Assembly: GCA_024679065.1 (NCBI GenBank) | Contig: JAGIQG010000019.1 | Span: 15,996,001 to 16,060,000 of the forward strand | Direction: 5' to 3' | Source of the DNA: Sphyrna mokarran | Taxonomy: Eukaryota | Length of the DNA stretch: 64,000 nt | Shown: piece after piece, positions 42,701 through 56,200 of the stretch | How the letters are laid out: each line of letters opens with the position of its first letter | How positions within the stretch are numbered: the first letter of the stretch is position 1 | Position numbers and translations under genes: made by a program | The notes under the pieces: model-generated | The model's database searches: none | The model's input: only the letters and a program-made list of their open reading frames with translations | Told to the model about the DNA's origin: nothing

Positions 42701-44255
42701 AATGCAGGTTGTGCGGCATGCCCTGAAGTCAACTTGAGACCATGAATTGCAGCATTTGTGCACTTGAAAAGATAATAATAAGGAAGACTTTCCAAACATT
42801 AATGAGCGCGGATATATCTGGTTTTGACATTTTGCATTTCTGTTTTAGAAGCATATATCAAATTTAAAATTTGATATATTTTCACTTGTGTTTTGAAGAG
42901 CTAGGATTTTGTGCTATTGACTTTAGATGGCTAAATCCATTCATTCGCATCAGTGATAATTGATAAGGGATCAGGAGATTTGAGATGTACAATAATGCAT
43001 AGTTTTTGTGGCCGACAGACCGAATGGAAAGCATTTGTAGATTTACAGAATAACAGAGTCTTTTGTCTTGGTTCAGCAATATGATAGGCCTTGAAATTTA
43101 CATGCGGACATACAGACATAATTATTCCTTCCAACAAAATAAATTTGAAGCAGTAAATTTCAGTATTATAATGAATTCCTGTTCTGGAATGTCACCTTGG
43201 GATTTTTGAAAGACGTAATTTATTATTTGGAAAATAAATGATTTAGTCACTGTTAATATTTTACTTTCACTGGCAAATAATATCCAAATAATTTTGAGAA
43301 AATTTAGTGTCACACTTGCTGACAACATGTTAAATGTTTTGTAATTGCCTGAAAAGTAGCTGGTTTTTGAAGGCAACTTGGTTGAGGACCTGTTCTGAAT
43401 GGTATGCGCTGCATTTGTGGAAGGGAATGATTAATTTTGTAGTTAGTGAATGGATAATTTCCTTTTCTTCTTTGCAATGTGCAAGCATTTGCCACTTGAG
43501 GCTTTGACTGACATAATGATGTTAAGATGAATAAAAAATCTTGGGAAGCAATTGCAGCATGAATGAATAAATATTTTGTACAAATTCTGCTTCTCTTTAG
43601 GGCCAACACCATTCATAGGAACTGGAAAACCTACAACTTCAGAGACTACTGTTAGTGGTGAGTCTTGTCTTTAGCATCGTCGTCATCGGAAATTAATTCA
43701 TTTGATTGGTAGATTAATATTGTTTCAAATTTGCTCGATTATATAGGGCCAACAGCAATGACTCCATCAGGTGTACCAACTGTTCCCAAGACAGCAATTA
43801 CTGGTGAGTAGATCTCCTTGCACATTATAACTTGATAAGCAATTTGTAATTTAATACTCTGCAGCATTTTTCCTGTTAACTTGAACCAGCACCGACTCGG
43901 ATGTTGTAACTTCCATTGTTTCTGAAATGAAGGGCCCAATTTTACCATTTTCATTCTAATTCTGGGCGTAGTACAGATCCAACTCTGAAATTTGCGTTTT
44001 GGCAACCCCATACACTCTCAGCCATTTCCAGTCCGAGTTGCATTGTAAGCAGAGCTTATTGGAACAATTGGAGCTCTGAACCACACATGCGCAATTAACA
44101 AAAAATTGGAATTGCTCCCACGCTGCAGAAAATGGAGAAATGGACCTGGAAGCAAAAAGCGGGAGCAAGGCTGTATCTTGATGGGCTGGGAGAGAGGGTG
44201 GGGAAGGATGGAGGTGGTAAGATATATCGTGTGTGTGTGTGTATTGGGGGTTGGA

Positions 44256-44290
<35 letters not shown>

Positions 44291-47200
44291 ACTTCCCTCC
44301 TTATCCACTCTCCACCAGCCAGACTGATCGCTACCCCTGCCATCCTCCCACCCCCACTGATCGTCCACAGAGTGGCAGAGAACCCCCCTAACCTCCCCCC
44401 CAGAGATCCATCTGTCACCCCCGGCCACCAAAGATCCATCTTATCCGCCTCCCGTGTCCGTCCTCCTACCTCCCAAGACAACGATCTGACCTCACACCCA
44501 CCCTTCCCCCACAACAACGAACTTGCCCCTCTCCCCCGCTATCCAGAGAATGGTCTGGCCTCACTCTACCTCCTCTCCAGAAGAACATTTGACCCGTCTC
44601 CTCCCCTCCCCTCCTCCCACACCACGAGACAACAATCAAACTCCCCCCACCACTAGATAATGATCAGCTCTCCTCCAACCACCAGACAATGATCAGCAAC
44701 CAACCCCGCCTCCCAAACACCAGACAATGATCAAACCCCTCCTTCCTCCCACAGCCAGAGATACATCTGATTCCCCTCTCCTCTTCCTCTCCCTCTCCCC
44801 TCCAACCAGAGAATAATCTGAACAGTATCAATCTCACCCCCATCATTGATTTGAGTCGAAGAGCCATTACAAACACTGAACTCACTCTTCAGAGGCTGGA
44901 GCACCTGACTCAGACTTTTATTCAGCAGGTCCCTAAAGCATGGTTCTGGATTGGTAAACGTGATGCTAAAGGGGGAAATACTGACAGAGTTGGGTGAGCA
45001 GTTCATTAATTCAATTTAAATGCATGCAAATGCATTTAAATTGTCATTGGGCACGGAACAGATCCCTGAGATTCGCAGGTCTTGGTAAGGTGGTGATCTG
45101 CGTGGACTTGGATGCAAATCGCAATAAAGGCCTCACACCCGAATTTACCACAATTTTGTGCCTGAAAATGGACACAAGTTGTTCACTAAATTGGGCCGGA
45201 GAGCTATCGTGGATGCATTTTCTTATTATCACTATAATATTTCAGAGCCTTGAATGATTAACTTTCACAAGCAAGGAAGATTTGAAACTTGTGAAATTTG
45301 ACATTGTGTTTGCTGAGAGCAGGTCAATGATATTGCTATTCGTTCAGGCAACATAGCTGAGGAACTATTCTGAAGGGAAACCTCAGTATTTGAGCGAGGG
45401 AATTATACTTGATCTGCAAAATCCTTTTTGGGTCATGTTTGATCCTTACTGAGGTGTAAGCAATTCCTGGTTAAGAATTTGGCTAAGATAATGATGCTTA
45501 TAACTAAACATTTCCTTGGAAATGAATTGCATTAGGAGTGAATAAATGCTGTGTCCAAATGTCTGTGCTGTTTAGGGCCAACAAGAACTGCAGGAACTGG
45601 AGGACCAACCACTTCAGAGACCACCATCAGTGGTGAATAACTTCAATATCATAATGAAATCCTGATCAGAAATGTCACTTGTTCAGTGGGATTTTTGAAT
45701 GACACACTATTCTTTGGAAAACAAATGATTTAGTCAGCTGCAAAATTTCACTTTTACTGGCAAATAACATCCAAATCATTTTAAGAAAATTTAAGCCACA
45801 TTTGGTGATTCCATGTTGATTGTTTTGTAATTACTTGAAAAGTAGATGGTTTTTGGAGGCAACTTGGTTGAGGAACTGTTCTGAATGACAAGTGCTGCAT
45901 TTGTGGACAGGAATGATTAATTTTCTAATTTGCCTATGGATATTTTCCTTTTTCTTACACAATGTGGAACCATTTGTCCTTCAAGGCTTTGACTGACATA
46001 ATGATGTAAAGAAGAACAAAAAATCTTGGGAAACAATTGCAGCAATATTGAATAAATATTCTGTACAAATTCTATTTTTCCTTTAGGGCCGACACCATTC
46101 ATGGGAACTGGAAGACCTACAACTTCAGAGACCACTATCAGTGGTGAGTATTATTTTTGGCATTCTTATCAGCTGAAATGAATTTATTTGTTGAGTAGAT
46201 TAATATTATTTCAAATTTGCTCCATTGGTTAGGACGAATAGCAATGACTCCATCAGGTGTACCAATTGTTCCTGAGACAGCAATTACTGGTGAGTGGATC
46301 AGCTTACATATTATAAGCTATGATAATTTTGAACTATTAGTAATTTAATACTTTGCAGCATTTTTTTCTGTTAACTTGGATCAGCAACAATTTGGGTGAT
46401 AGCAACACTCATTGTTTCTGACACTGGGATAATGATAGAAATATTAATTCACATTTTCACAATAATGTTTCAGAATCTTGAATAATTAACTTTCACAAGC
46501 AAACAACATTTAAAACTTGTGAAATTGAACATTGTGTTGTTCAGAGCAGATCAATGGTGTTATTATTCCTTCAGTCAACATGCCTGAGGAACTGTTCTGA
46601 AGGGAAAACCCAGAATTTGAGTGAGGGAATTATTGTGATCTTAAGAATGTTTATGGGTCATGTTTGATCTTTGCTGAGGTGCAAGCAACACCTGGTTAAG
46701 AATTTGACTAAGATAATGATGCTTATAATTAAACATTTCCTTGGAAATGAATTGCAATAATAGTGAATAAATACTTTGTCCAAATGTCTGCACTGTCTAG
46801 GACCAACAAGAACTGCAGGAACTGGAGGACCAACCACTTCAGAGACCACCATCAGTGGTGAGTTTCAGTTTTATTGTAATCACCACATCAATTAATTTGA
46901 GTGCTTCATGAACTCATCTTGTTTCCTATTATCTCTGCTCCCTAGGCCCAATGGCAATGACTATGACAGGTATACTTCCCGTTTCTGACAGCAGAATTAC
47001 TGGTGAGCAGAGCTTCTTTCATATTGTAAGCTGCTGTTAATTTTGTGCTATTTGTGTTTTTTAACTCTACTATAGGTCTACAGTTCATTAGACCTGCACC
47101 AGGTAGCAGCGTAGTCATAAGAACATAAGAAATAGGAGCAGGAATAGGCCATCTAGCCCTTTGTGCTTGCCTTGCTAGTCCCCTTCAATATCTTATGTCT

Positions 47201-50200
47201 TTATAAGATCCCCACTCAGACTTCTAAACTCCAATGAGTACAGACTCAGTTTATTCAATCTCTCTTCATAAGCTAACCCCTCATCTCCGATATCATCCTA
47301 ATGAACCTCCTCTACACTCCCTCCAAGGCCAATATATCCTTCCGCAAGTGCGCTGACAAAACTGCACACAGTACTCCAGCTGCAGTCTCACCAATACTCC
47401 GTACAGTTGCATCAAGACCTCCCTGCTTTTATATTCTATCCTCTTCGCTATAAAAGGCCAACATTCCACATGCCTTCTTGATCACCTGCTGTACCTGCAG
47501 ACTGGGTTTTTGCGATTCGTGCACAAGGACCTCTGAATCCCTCTGCATTGTAGCCCGCTGCACTTTTTGCCTTTTAAATAACAATCCCTCCTACTATTAT
47601 TTCTACCAAAGTGGAGAACCTCACATATGCTAACATTATACTCCATCTGCCAGGTTCTCACCCACCCACTCAACCTATCCAGATCTCTCTGCAGATTTTC
47701 CACATCCTCCACGCAATTTGCTTTTCCACTCATCTTTCTGTCATCAGCAAATTTTGTTACCCTACACTCAGCCCCCTCCTCCAGATCATCTATGTAAATG
47801 GTAAACAGATGAGGCCCCAGCACTGATTCCTGTGGCACTCCACTAGTCACCAACTGCCAATCAGAAAAGTTCCCTTTGATTCCAACTCTCTGCTTCCTAT
47901 GAGGCAACCAGTTCTGTATCCACGCTAACACCTTACCCCCAACTTGGTGCATCCTAACATTTTGCAGCAACCTTTTGTGAGACACCTTATCAAAACACCA
48001 CAGGGAGGGGCGGGGGGGGTGCGAAGTGAGGGGGGTGGGTGGTGGGGTCACTCAGATTGTTGATCACTATTTTAGAAACTATGATTGAATGTATTCTCAG
48101 TGCAACACGATATTTGCAAGGCCAAGGTATCCCAGGAAAGGAACATGTTGGTGCGTCATTGCAGTATTTTCAATCCATTCAGATGGAAGGGTTTAAACGT
48201 ACACCAATTGAGTTATTCCCTATTGCTTTTGGTCAGCATCTTCTTGTATGAATGTGGTTCTTTTTGCTTCTTGATGAATGTAAAATGTTCAACAGATAGG
48301 AATTAGTGATGCTTTATTTCATTTTTTATACACATTTGTTTCTCAGTACAGAAACTGGAAAGACATGCATGTTGGTGTTTCACTTGCCTGCTAATTGGTG
48401 CATATTCATGTTGATACTGAAGGAGCTTCTCACTGAATGGAAATTGGAATAATAAATGCTATCTGATAGAGTAAACATCTTGCATTATCAACTATAATGT
48501 TTGAAAGTGGGCAGTATTGTTGAATATGATTATTGATCATAATGTAGGTTGTGTCCGTAATATACATGAATGGCAGCATTTAGGAATTTAAAAAGATTGG
48601 CAGACTGTCAAAATTTAATGAGCACTGGAAGATCTGGTTTTGACATTCTACATTGCTGTTTTGAAAGCTTATATTGAAATTTATTACTTAACACATTTTC
48701 ATTTGCATTTTGAAGAGCTAGGATTTTGGTGCTATTGATTTTAGATCACTAAATGCATTTGTTCAGATGAACGATGATCGGTAAAGCATCCGGAGATTTG
48801 AGATGTACAATAATGCATGGTTTGTCTGTGACCGAAAAGCCTACTGTAAAGCTCCTCATTTGAATGCCTGCAGAACGACAGAACCTTTTATTTTGATTTG
48901 GCAGTATGATAGACTTTGCTGGAGAAATTTATGTGCAGATGGACAGACATAATTATTCCTTCCAACAGAATAAATTCAAAGCAGTAAATTTCAATATTGT
49001 AATGAATTCCTGATCAGATTTTGAAAGATACACTTTATTCTTCGGAAAACAAATGATTTTGTCAGCTTTTACATTTCACTTTTTTACTGGCAAATAACAT
49101 TCAAATCATGTTGGGAAAATTTAATGCTCCATTTGCTGACTCCATGTTGAATTTTTTTGTAATTGTCTGAAAAGTAGCTGGTTTTTGTAGACAACTTGGT
49201 CAATGAGCTGTTCTGAATGGTAAGTGCTGCATTTGTGGAAGGGAATGATTAACTTTGTAATTTGTGAATGGATATTTTCCTTTTCTCTTCGTAATATGGA
49301 ACCATTTGCCATTTGAGGCTTTGACTGACATGATGCTAAGATGGATAAAAAATCTTGGGAAACAATTGTAGCAGTAATGAATAAATATTCTGTACAAATT
49401 CTGCTTTTTAGGGCCGACACAATTCGCAGGAGCTAGAAGGCCTACAACTTCAGAGACTACTATCAGTAGTGAGTATTGTCTTTTGCATCCTCATCACCAG
49501 AAATTAATTTATTTGGTGGGTAGACTAATATTGTTTCAAATTTGCCCCACTACTTAGGGCCAACAGCAATGACGTCATCAGGTGTACCAACTGTTCCTGA
49601 GACAGCAATTACTGGTTAGTGGATCTCCTTACACATCATAACCTGAAGTTAATTTTGAACTTTTTGTAATTTAATAGTCTGCAGCATTTTTTCTCTTACT
49701 CATCAACTAGAATGATAGTAAATCCTGTTGTTTCTGAAACAAAGAGAAATGATGTATGTATTCATTCACATTGTCACAATAATATTTCAGAACATTGAAT
49801 AATTAGTTTTCACAAACAAACAACATTTGAAACCTGTGAAATTTCATGTTGTGTTGCTGACAGCAGGTCAACGATATTGTTATTCCTTTAGAGTTTGAGT
49901 GACAGAATTATTGCTGATCTGCGAGATAGTTTATGGGGCATGTTTGATCCTTACTGAGGTGCAAGCAATATCTGATTAAGAATTTGACTAAGATAATGAT
50001 GCTTATAATTAAACATTTCCTTGGAAATGAATTGCAGTCATAGTGAATAAATACTCTGTCCAAATGTCTGTGCTGTTTAGGACTAACAAGAACTGTAGGA
50101 ACTGGAGGACCAACAACTTCAGAGACCACCGTCAGTGGTGAGTCTCGGTTTTATCATACATGCTACATTAAATCAATTTGTTTGCTTTGTGGACTAATGT

Positions 50201-53200
50201 TGCTTCATGTATCTCTGCTCCGCAGGGCCAATGGCAATGACTGTGACAGGTACACTTCCTGTTTCTGCGAGCAGAATTACTGGTGAGCAGAGCTTCTTTG
50301 ATGTTAAAAGCTGCTGTTAGTTTTGTGCTATTTGTAATTTTTAACAGTACTGTCGGTCTAGTTACGTTGGACCTGCATGAGGTAGCAGGGCCGTCACTCA
50401 GATATTTTCCAAATATGTAACTAACAATGATTGAATGTATTCTTTGTGCCATAGAATGTTTGTGCTGCCAACGTGTCCCAGGCAAATTGTTGGTGCATCA
50501 TTGCAGTTCATTATACTTTTAGTCCGTTCAGATGGATAGGTTTGAATGTGTACCAATTGAGTTGTTCCATATTGCTATTGGTAAGCATCTTCTTCTTTGC
50601 AATTATTTGGTTTTGGTTTGCGCTGATGATAAAATGGTCAACAGATAAGAATTATAATTACTTCATTTCAGTTTTTGTATATATTTGCTTCTCAGTGCAG
50701 AAACTGTGAAAACATGCATGTTGATATTTCTCTTATTACTAACTGATGCATATTCATGTTGACACTAACAGAGCTTTTCACTGAAGGGAAATTGGAATAT
50801 TGAGTGCTTTCTGACAGAATAGATGTCTTGCATTATCAATTATAGCATTCAGAAGAGGACAGTGTTATTGAGTATGATTATCAATGATAATGAAGATTGT
50901 GTGGCATGCCCTGAAGTCAGCTTGAGACCATGAATTGCAGAATTTGTGAATTTGATAAGGAACGCTTTCCAAACATTAATGGGCACAGGTCGAAGCTAGT
51001 TTTGACATACTGCTTTGTTGTTTTAGAAGTGTATGTTGAAATTTAATGTTTGATATATTTAATTTGTATTTTGAAGAGCTAGGATTTTGGTGCTATTTAC
51101 TGTAGATTGCTAAATCTATTTATTTGCATGAATGATGATTGATACATGATCAAGCGATTTAAGATGTACAATACTGCATGATTTGTTTGTGATTGAAAGG
51201 CCAAGTGGAAAAAATCTCATTTTGTAGACTTGTAAAATGACAGAATCTTTTATTTTGGTGCGTGAGTATGATAGACCTTGGTGGTGATATTTTATACGCA
51301 GACAGTCATAATTATTGCTTACAACAGAATAAATTCAAAGCCGTAAATTTCAATATCATAATGAATTCCTGACCAGAAAATGCCATTTGTTCAGTGGGAT
51401 TTTTGAAAGACAAATTTTACCCTTTGGAAAACAAATGATTTAGTCAGCTTTAAAATTTCACTTTCACTGGCAAATAATATCCAAATAATTTTGAGAAAAT
51501 TTAGTGCCATGTTTGCTGACCCCATGATGAATCTTTTGTAATCGCCTGAAAAGTAGCTGGATTTTGAAGGTAATTTGGTCGACGAACTGTTCTGAATGGT
51601 AAGTGCTGCATGTGTGGAAGGAAATGATTAATTTTATAGTTTGCATATGGATATCTTCCTTTTTCCTTAGCAGTGTGGAATGATTGCCACTTGAGGCTTT
51701 GACTGACATAATGATGCCAGGATGAATAAAAAAATCTTGGGAAACAATTGCATCGGTAATGAATAAATATTCTGTACAAATTCCGCTTCTCTTTAGGATC
51801 GACACCATTCACAACAACTGGAAGACCTACGACTTTAAGGACTACTGTCAGTGGTGAGTGTTGCTTTTGCATCCTCGTCCCCTGCAATTAATTTATTGGA
51901 CAGGTAGATTAACATTATTTCAAATTTATTTGATTACATTGGGCCAACAGCAATGACTCCATCAGGTGTACCAATTGTTTCCGAGACAGCAGTTAGTGAT
52001 GAGTAGATCTCCGTACACATTATAACCAGATATTCGTGTTGGGGAATTTGTAATTTAATACTCTGCAGTATTTTTTCTGATAGCTTGGACCAGCACCAAC
52101 TAGGATGATAGTAAATCCCATTTCTTTTGAAACAAAGATGGGTGTATTTTCTCATTGTTGCAGTGATATTTCAGAGCTTTAAATAATTAGCTTAGAAACT
52201 TGCGAAATTTAATGTTGTGTTGCTGAGAGCAAGTCAATGATATTGTTATTCCCTCATGCAACATTACTGAGGAACTGTTCTGATTTGAAACCTCAGAATT
52301 GGAGTGAGGGAATTATTGCTGATATGCGAAGTAGTTTCTGGATCATGTTTGATCCTTACTGAGATGCAAGGAATTCCTGGTTAAGAATTTGACTCAGATA
52401 ATGATGCTTATAACTAAACATTTCCTTGGAAATAAATTGCAGTAGTTGTACATCAGTAATCTATCCCAATTTTCATTCTGTTTAGGACCAAGAACTGGAG
52501 GACCAACAACTTCAAAGACCACCATCAGTTGTGAGTTTTCAGTTTATCACACTCACCACATGAAATTAATATTTATGCTTCCTGCTGTAATGTTATTTCA
52601 CATTAATTTTGCTCCTAGTCCCAGTGGCAATGACTATGACTGGTACAGTTCCTGTTTTTGAGAGCAGAATCACTGGTGAGTAGAGCTTCTTTCATTTTCA
52701 AAGTTGTTGTTGGTTTTTTGCTATTTGTGGTTTTTTTTTTTTTGCTCAACCATACGTCTACAATTACACTGGACCTGCATGCGGGACCAGGGCATTGACT
52801 CAGAGTTTCAAAAATGTGATTAACAATGATTGAATGTATTCTCAGTGCCATACGATGTTTGTGATGCCAAGGTGTCCCAGGCAAGGGACATATAGGTGCG
52901 TCATTGCAGTTCACTATATTTTCAGTCCACTCAGGTCATTGGTTTTGAATGTGGATCAGATGAATTGTTCCATATTGCTTTTTGTAAGCATTTTCATGTT
53001 AGCTTGTGCTTGTTTTTGGTTTGTGATGATGGTAGAATAGTCAACAGATAGGAATTATTGATTGCCTTCTTTCAGTTTTTGTATATATTTGCTTCTCAGT
53101 ACAGAAACTGTAAAAACATGCATGTTGATGTTTCTCTTGTCTTATTGCTAATTGATGCATATTCATATTGGCACTGACAGAGCTTTTCATTGAATGGAAA

Positions 53201-56200
53201 TTGGAATGTTAAGTGCTACCTGACAGTAGATGTCTTGCATTATCAATTATAACATTTGGGAGTGGATAGTGTTATTGAATATGATTATTGATGAAAATAT
53301 AGGTTGTGCAATGTAACCGTGAAGTCAGCTTGAGACTGTGAATGGCAGCGTTTATGAATTTAAACAATAATAAGGCAGACAGTCCAAACTTTAATGAGCA
53401 GTCATAGATGCTGCTTTTAACATTCTACATTGCTGTTTTGGAAGCATATATTGAAATTTACAATTTAACATATTTTCATTTGTATTTTGAAGAGCTAGCA
53501 TGTGGGGACTGACTTTAGATTGCTAGATGCATTTATTTGCGTGAACGATGATTAGTAAGTCATCCAGAGATTTCAGATGTACAATAAAGCATGGTTTGTC
53601 TGTGACTGAAAAAGCTCCTCATTTGTAAACGAGCAGAACGACAGACTGTTTTATTTTGATTTGGAATTATGGATAAATGTGGCTGGTGAAATATATGTGC
53701 AGACAGACAGAAATAATTATTCCCTCCAACAGAATAAATTCAAAGCAGTAAATTTCAATATCGTAATGAATTCCTGATCAGAAATGCCAGTTGGATTTTT
53801 GAAAGACACATCTTATTCTTTGGAAAATAAATGATTTAGCCACTGTTAAAATTTCATTTTCACTGGCAAATATTCTCCAAATAATTTGCGGAAAATTTAG
53901 TGCTATGTTTGATGACCCCATGTTGAAGTTTTTATAATTGCCTAAAAAGTTGCTGGTTTTTGCAGGTAACTCGTCGAGAACCTGTTCTGAATGGTTAACG
54001 CTGCATTTGTGGAAGAGAATGATTGATTAATTTTGTAGTTTGTGTACCGATATTTTCCTTTTCTCTCCACAATGTGGAAGCATTTGCTACTTGAGGCTTT
54101 GACTGACATAGGGATGCTAAGATGAATTAAAAATCTTAAGAAGCAATTTCACTGTCAATGAATAAATATCCCATACAAATTCTGCTTTTTAGGGCCAACA
54201 CCATTCACAGGAATTGAAGGACCTACAACTTCAGAGACTACAGTCAGTTGTGAGTATTGTTTTTAGCATCCTCATCATCTGAAATTAATTGTTTTCATTG
54301 ATACATTAATATTGTTTCAAATTTGCTCCACTCCTTAGGGCCAACAGCAATGACTCCATCAAGTGTACCAACTGTTCCTGAGACAGCAATTACTGGTGAG
54401 TAGACCTCCTTGCACACTATAACCTGATAATAATTTTGAGCAATTTGTAATGTATTACTCTGCAGCATTTTTTCTGTTAACTTGGACCAGCAAACAACTC
54501 AGATGATAGTAACTCCCATTGTTTCTGACACTGGGTGTAATGATGGATGTCATTGTCACAATACATCAATGGATTCACATTATCACAATAATATTTCAGA
54601 ATCTTGAATAATTTAGCTTTCACAAGCAAACAACATTTGAAACTTATGAAATTGAACATTGTGTTGCTGAGAGTAGGTCAATGATATTGTTATTTCTTCA
54701 GTCATTGTACCTAAGGAACTGTTCTGAAGGGAAACCTCACAGTTTGAGTGAGGGAATTATTGCTGATCTCGAGAATGCTTATGCTTCATGTTTGATCCTT
54801 ACTGAGGTGCATGCAATTACTGGTTAAGAATTTGGCTAAGATAACAATGCTTATAATTAAATAGTTCTTTGGAAATGAATTGCAGTAGCAGTGAATAAAT
54901 ACTCTGTCCAAATATTTGTGCTCTTTAGGGCCAACAAGAACTGCAGGAACTGGAGGACCAACCACTTCAGAGACCACCATCAGTGGTAAGTTTCAGTTTA
55001 TCCGTACTCACCACATGAAATTAATTTGTGTGCTTCATGGACTCATCTTGTTTCATTTTATCTCTGCTTACCAGGCCCAATGGGAATGACTGTGACAGGT
55101 ACACTTCCTGTTTCTGAGAGCAGAATTACTGGTGAGCAGTGCTTTTTTTTCGTGTTATAAGCTGCTGTTAATTTTGTGCTATTTGTGTTTTTAACACTAC
55201 CCTAGGTCTATAGTTACGTTTTGACCTGCACCAGGTAGCAGGCCAGTCATTGTGATTAACCTGTGATTAAGAATAATTGAATGTATTCTCAGTGTTGTAT
55301 TATATGTCTGTGATGCCGAGATATCCAGGTAAGGTACATGTTGTTAGTGCATCATTGCCATTCGCTGTATTTTCAGTCCATTCAGATGGAAGATTTTGAT
55401 TGTGTATTGGGTGAGTTGTTCCCTATTGCTGTTGGTGAGCATCTTCTTGGTTGAATGTGCTTGTATTGGCTTTGTGCTGGATGTGAAATGGTCAACAGAT
55501 AGGAATTAATGATTGCTTTATTTCAGTCTTTGTACACATTTGCTTCTCAATGCAGAAACTGTAAAGACATGCATGTTGGTGTTTCACTTGCCTCAGTGCT
55601 AGTTGATGCATATTCATGTTGACATAGGGGCTTTTCAGTGAATGGAAATTGGATTGGTAAATGCTTCCTGATGAGTTGATATCTTGTATTAACGGTTATA
55701 ATGTTTGAAAGTGGGCAGTGTTATTGAATATGATTACTGATCATAATGTAGGTTGTGTCCATGATATCCATGAATGGCAGCATTTAGTAACAGCATTGCT
55801 GTTTTGGAAGTATATATTGAAATTTAAAATTTAATATATTTTCATCTGCATTTTGAAGACCTAGGATTTTGGTGCTATTGATTTTAGATCGCTAAATGTA
55901 TTTATTCAAATGAATGATGATTGGCAAGGCATCAGGAGATTTGAGATGTACAATAATGTATGGTTTGTCTGTGATCAAAAAGCGTACTGGAAAGCTCCTC
56001 ATTTGTAACCTTGCAGAATGACAAGCCTTTTATTATGATTTGGCAGTATGATAGACCTTGCTGATGAAATTTAGGTGCAGTTGGACAGACATAATTGTTT
56101 CTTCCAATAGAATAAATTCAAAGCAGTAAATTTCAATATCATAATAAATTCCTGATCAGGAATGCCACTTGTTCCGTGGGACTTTTGAAAGTCAAATTTT

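Noticed and set aside
6425-45006. Pro/His/Gly-rich ORFs at 6.5-7.2, 13.9-15.0, 15.9-16.6, 25.7-26.6 and 44.0-45.0 kb
   Set aside because: Products of C-rich low-complexity TE interiors, open in several frames on both strands.
27916-54980. Recurrent minus-strand ORFs (MVVSEVVGPPVPAV...)
   Set aside because: Antisense shadows of exon C plus intron; they start and stop inconsistently between units, and splice signals support the + strand.
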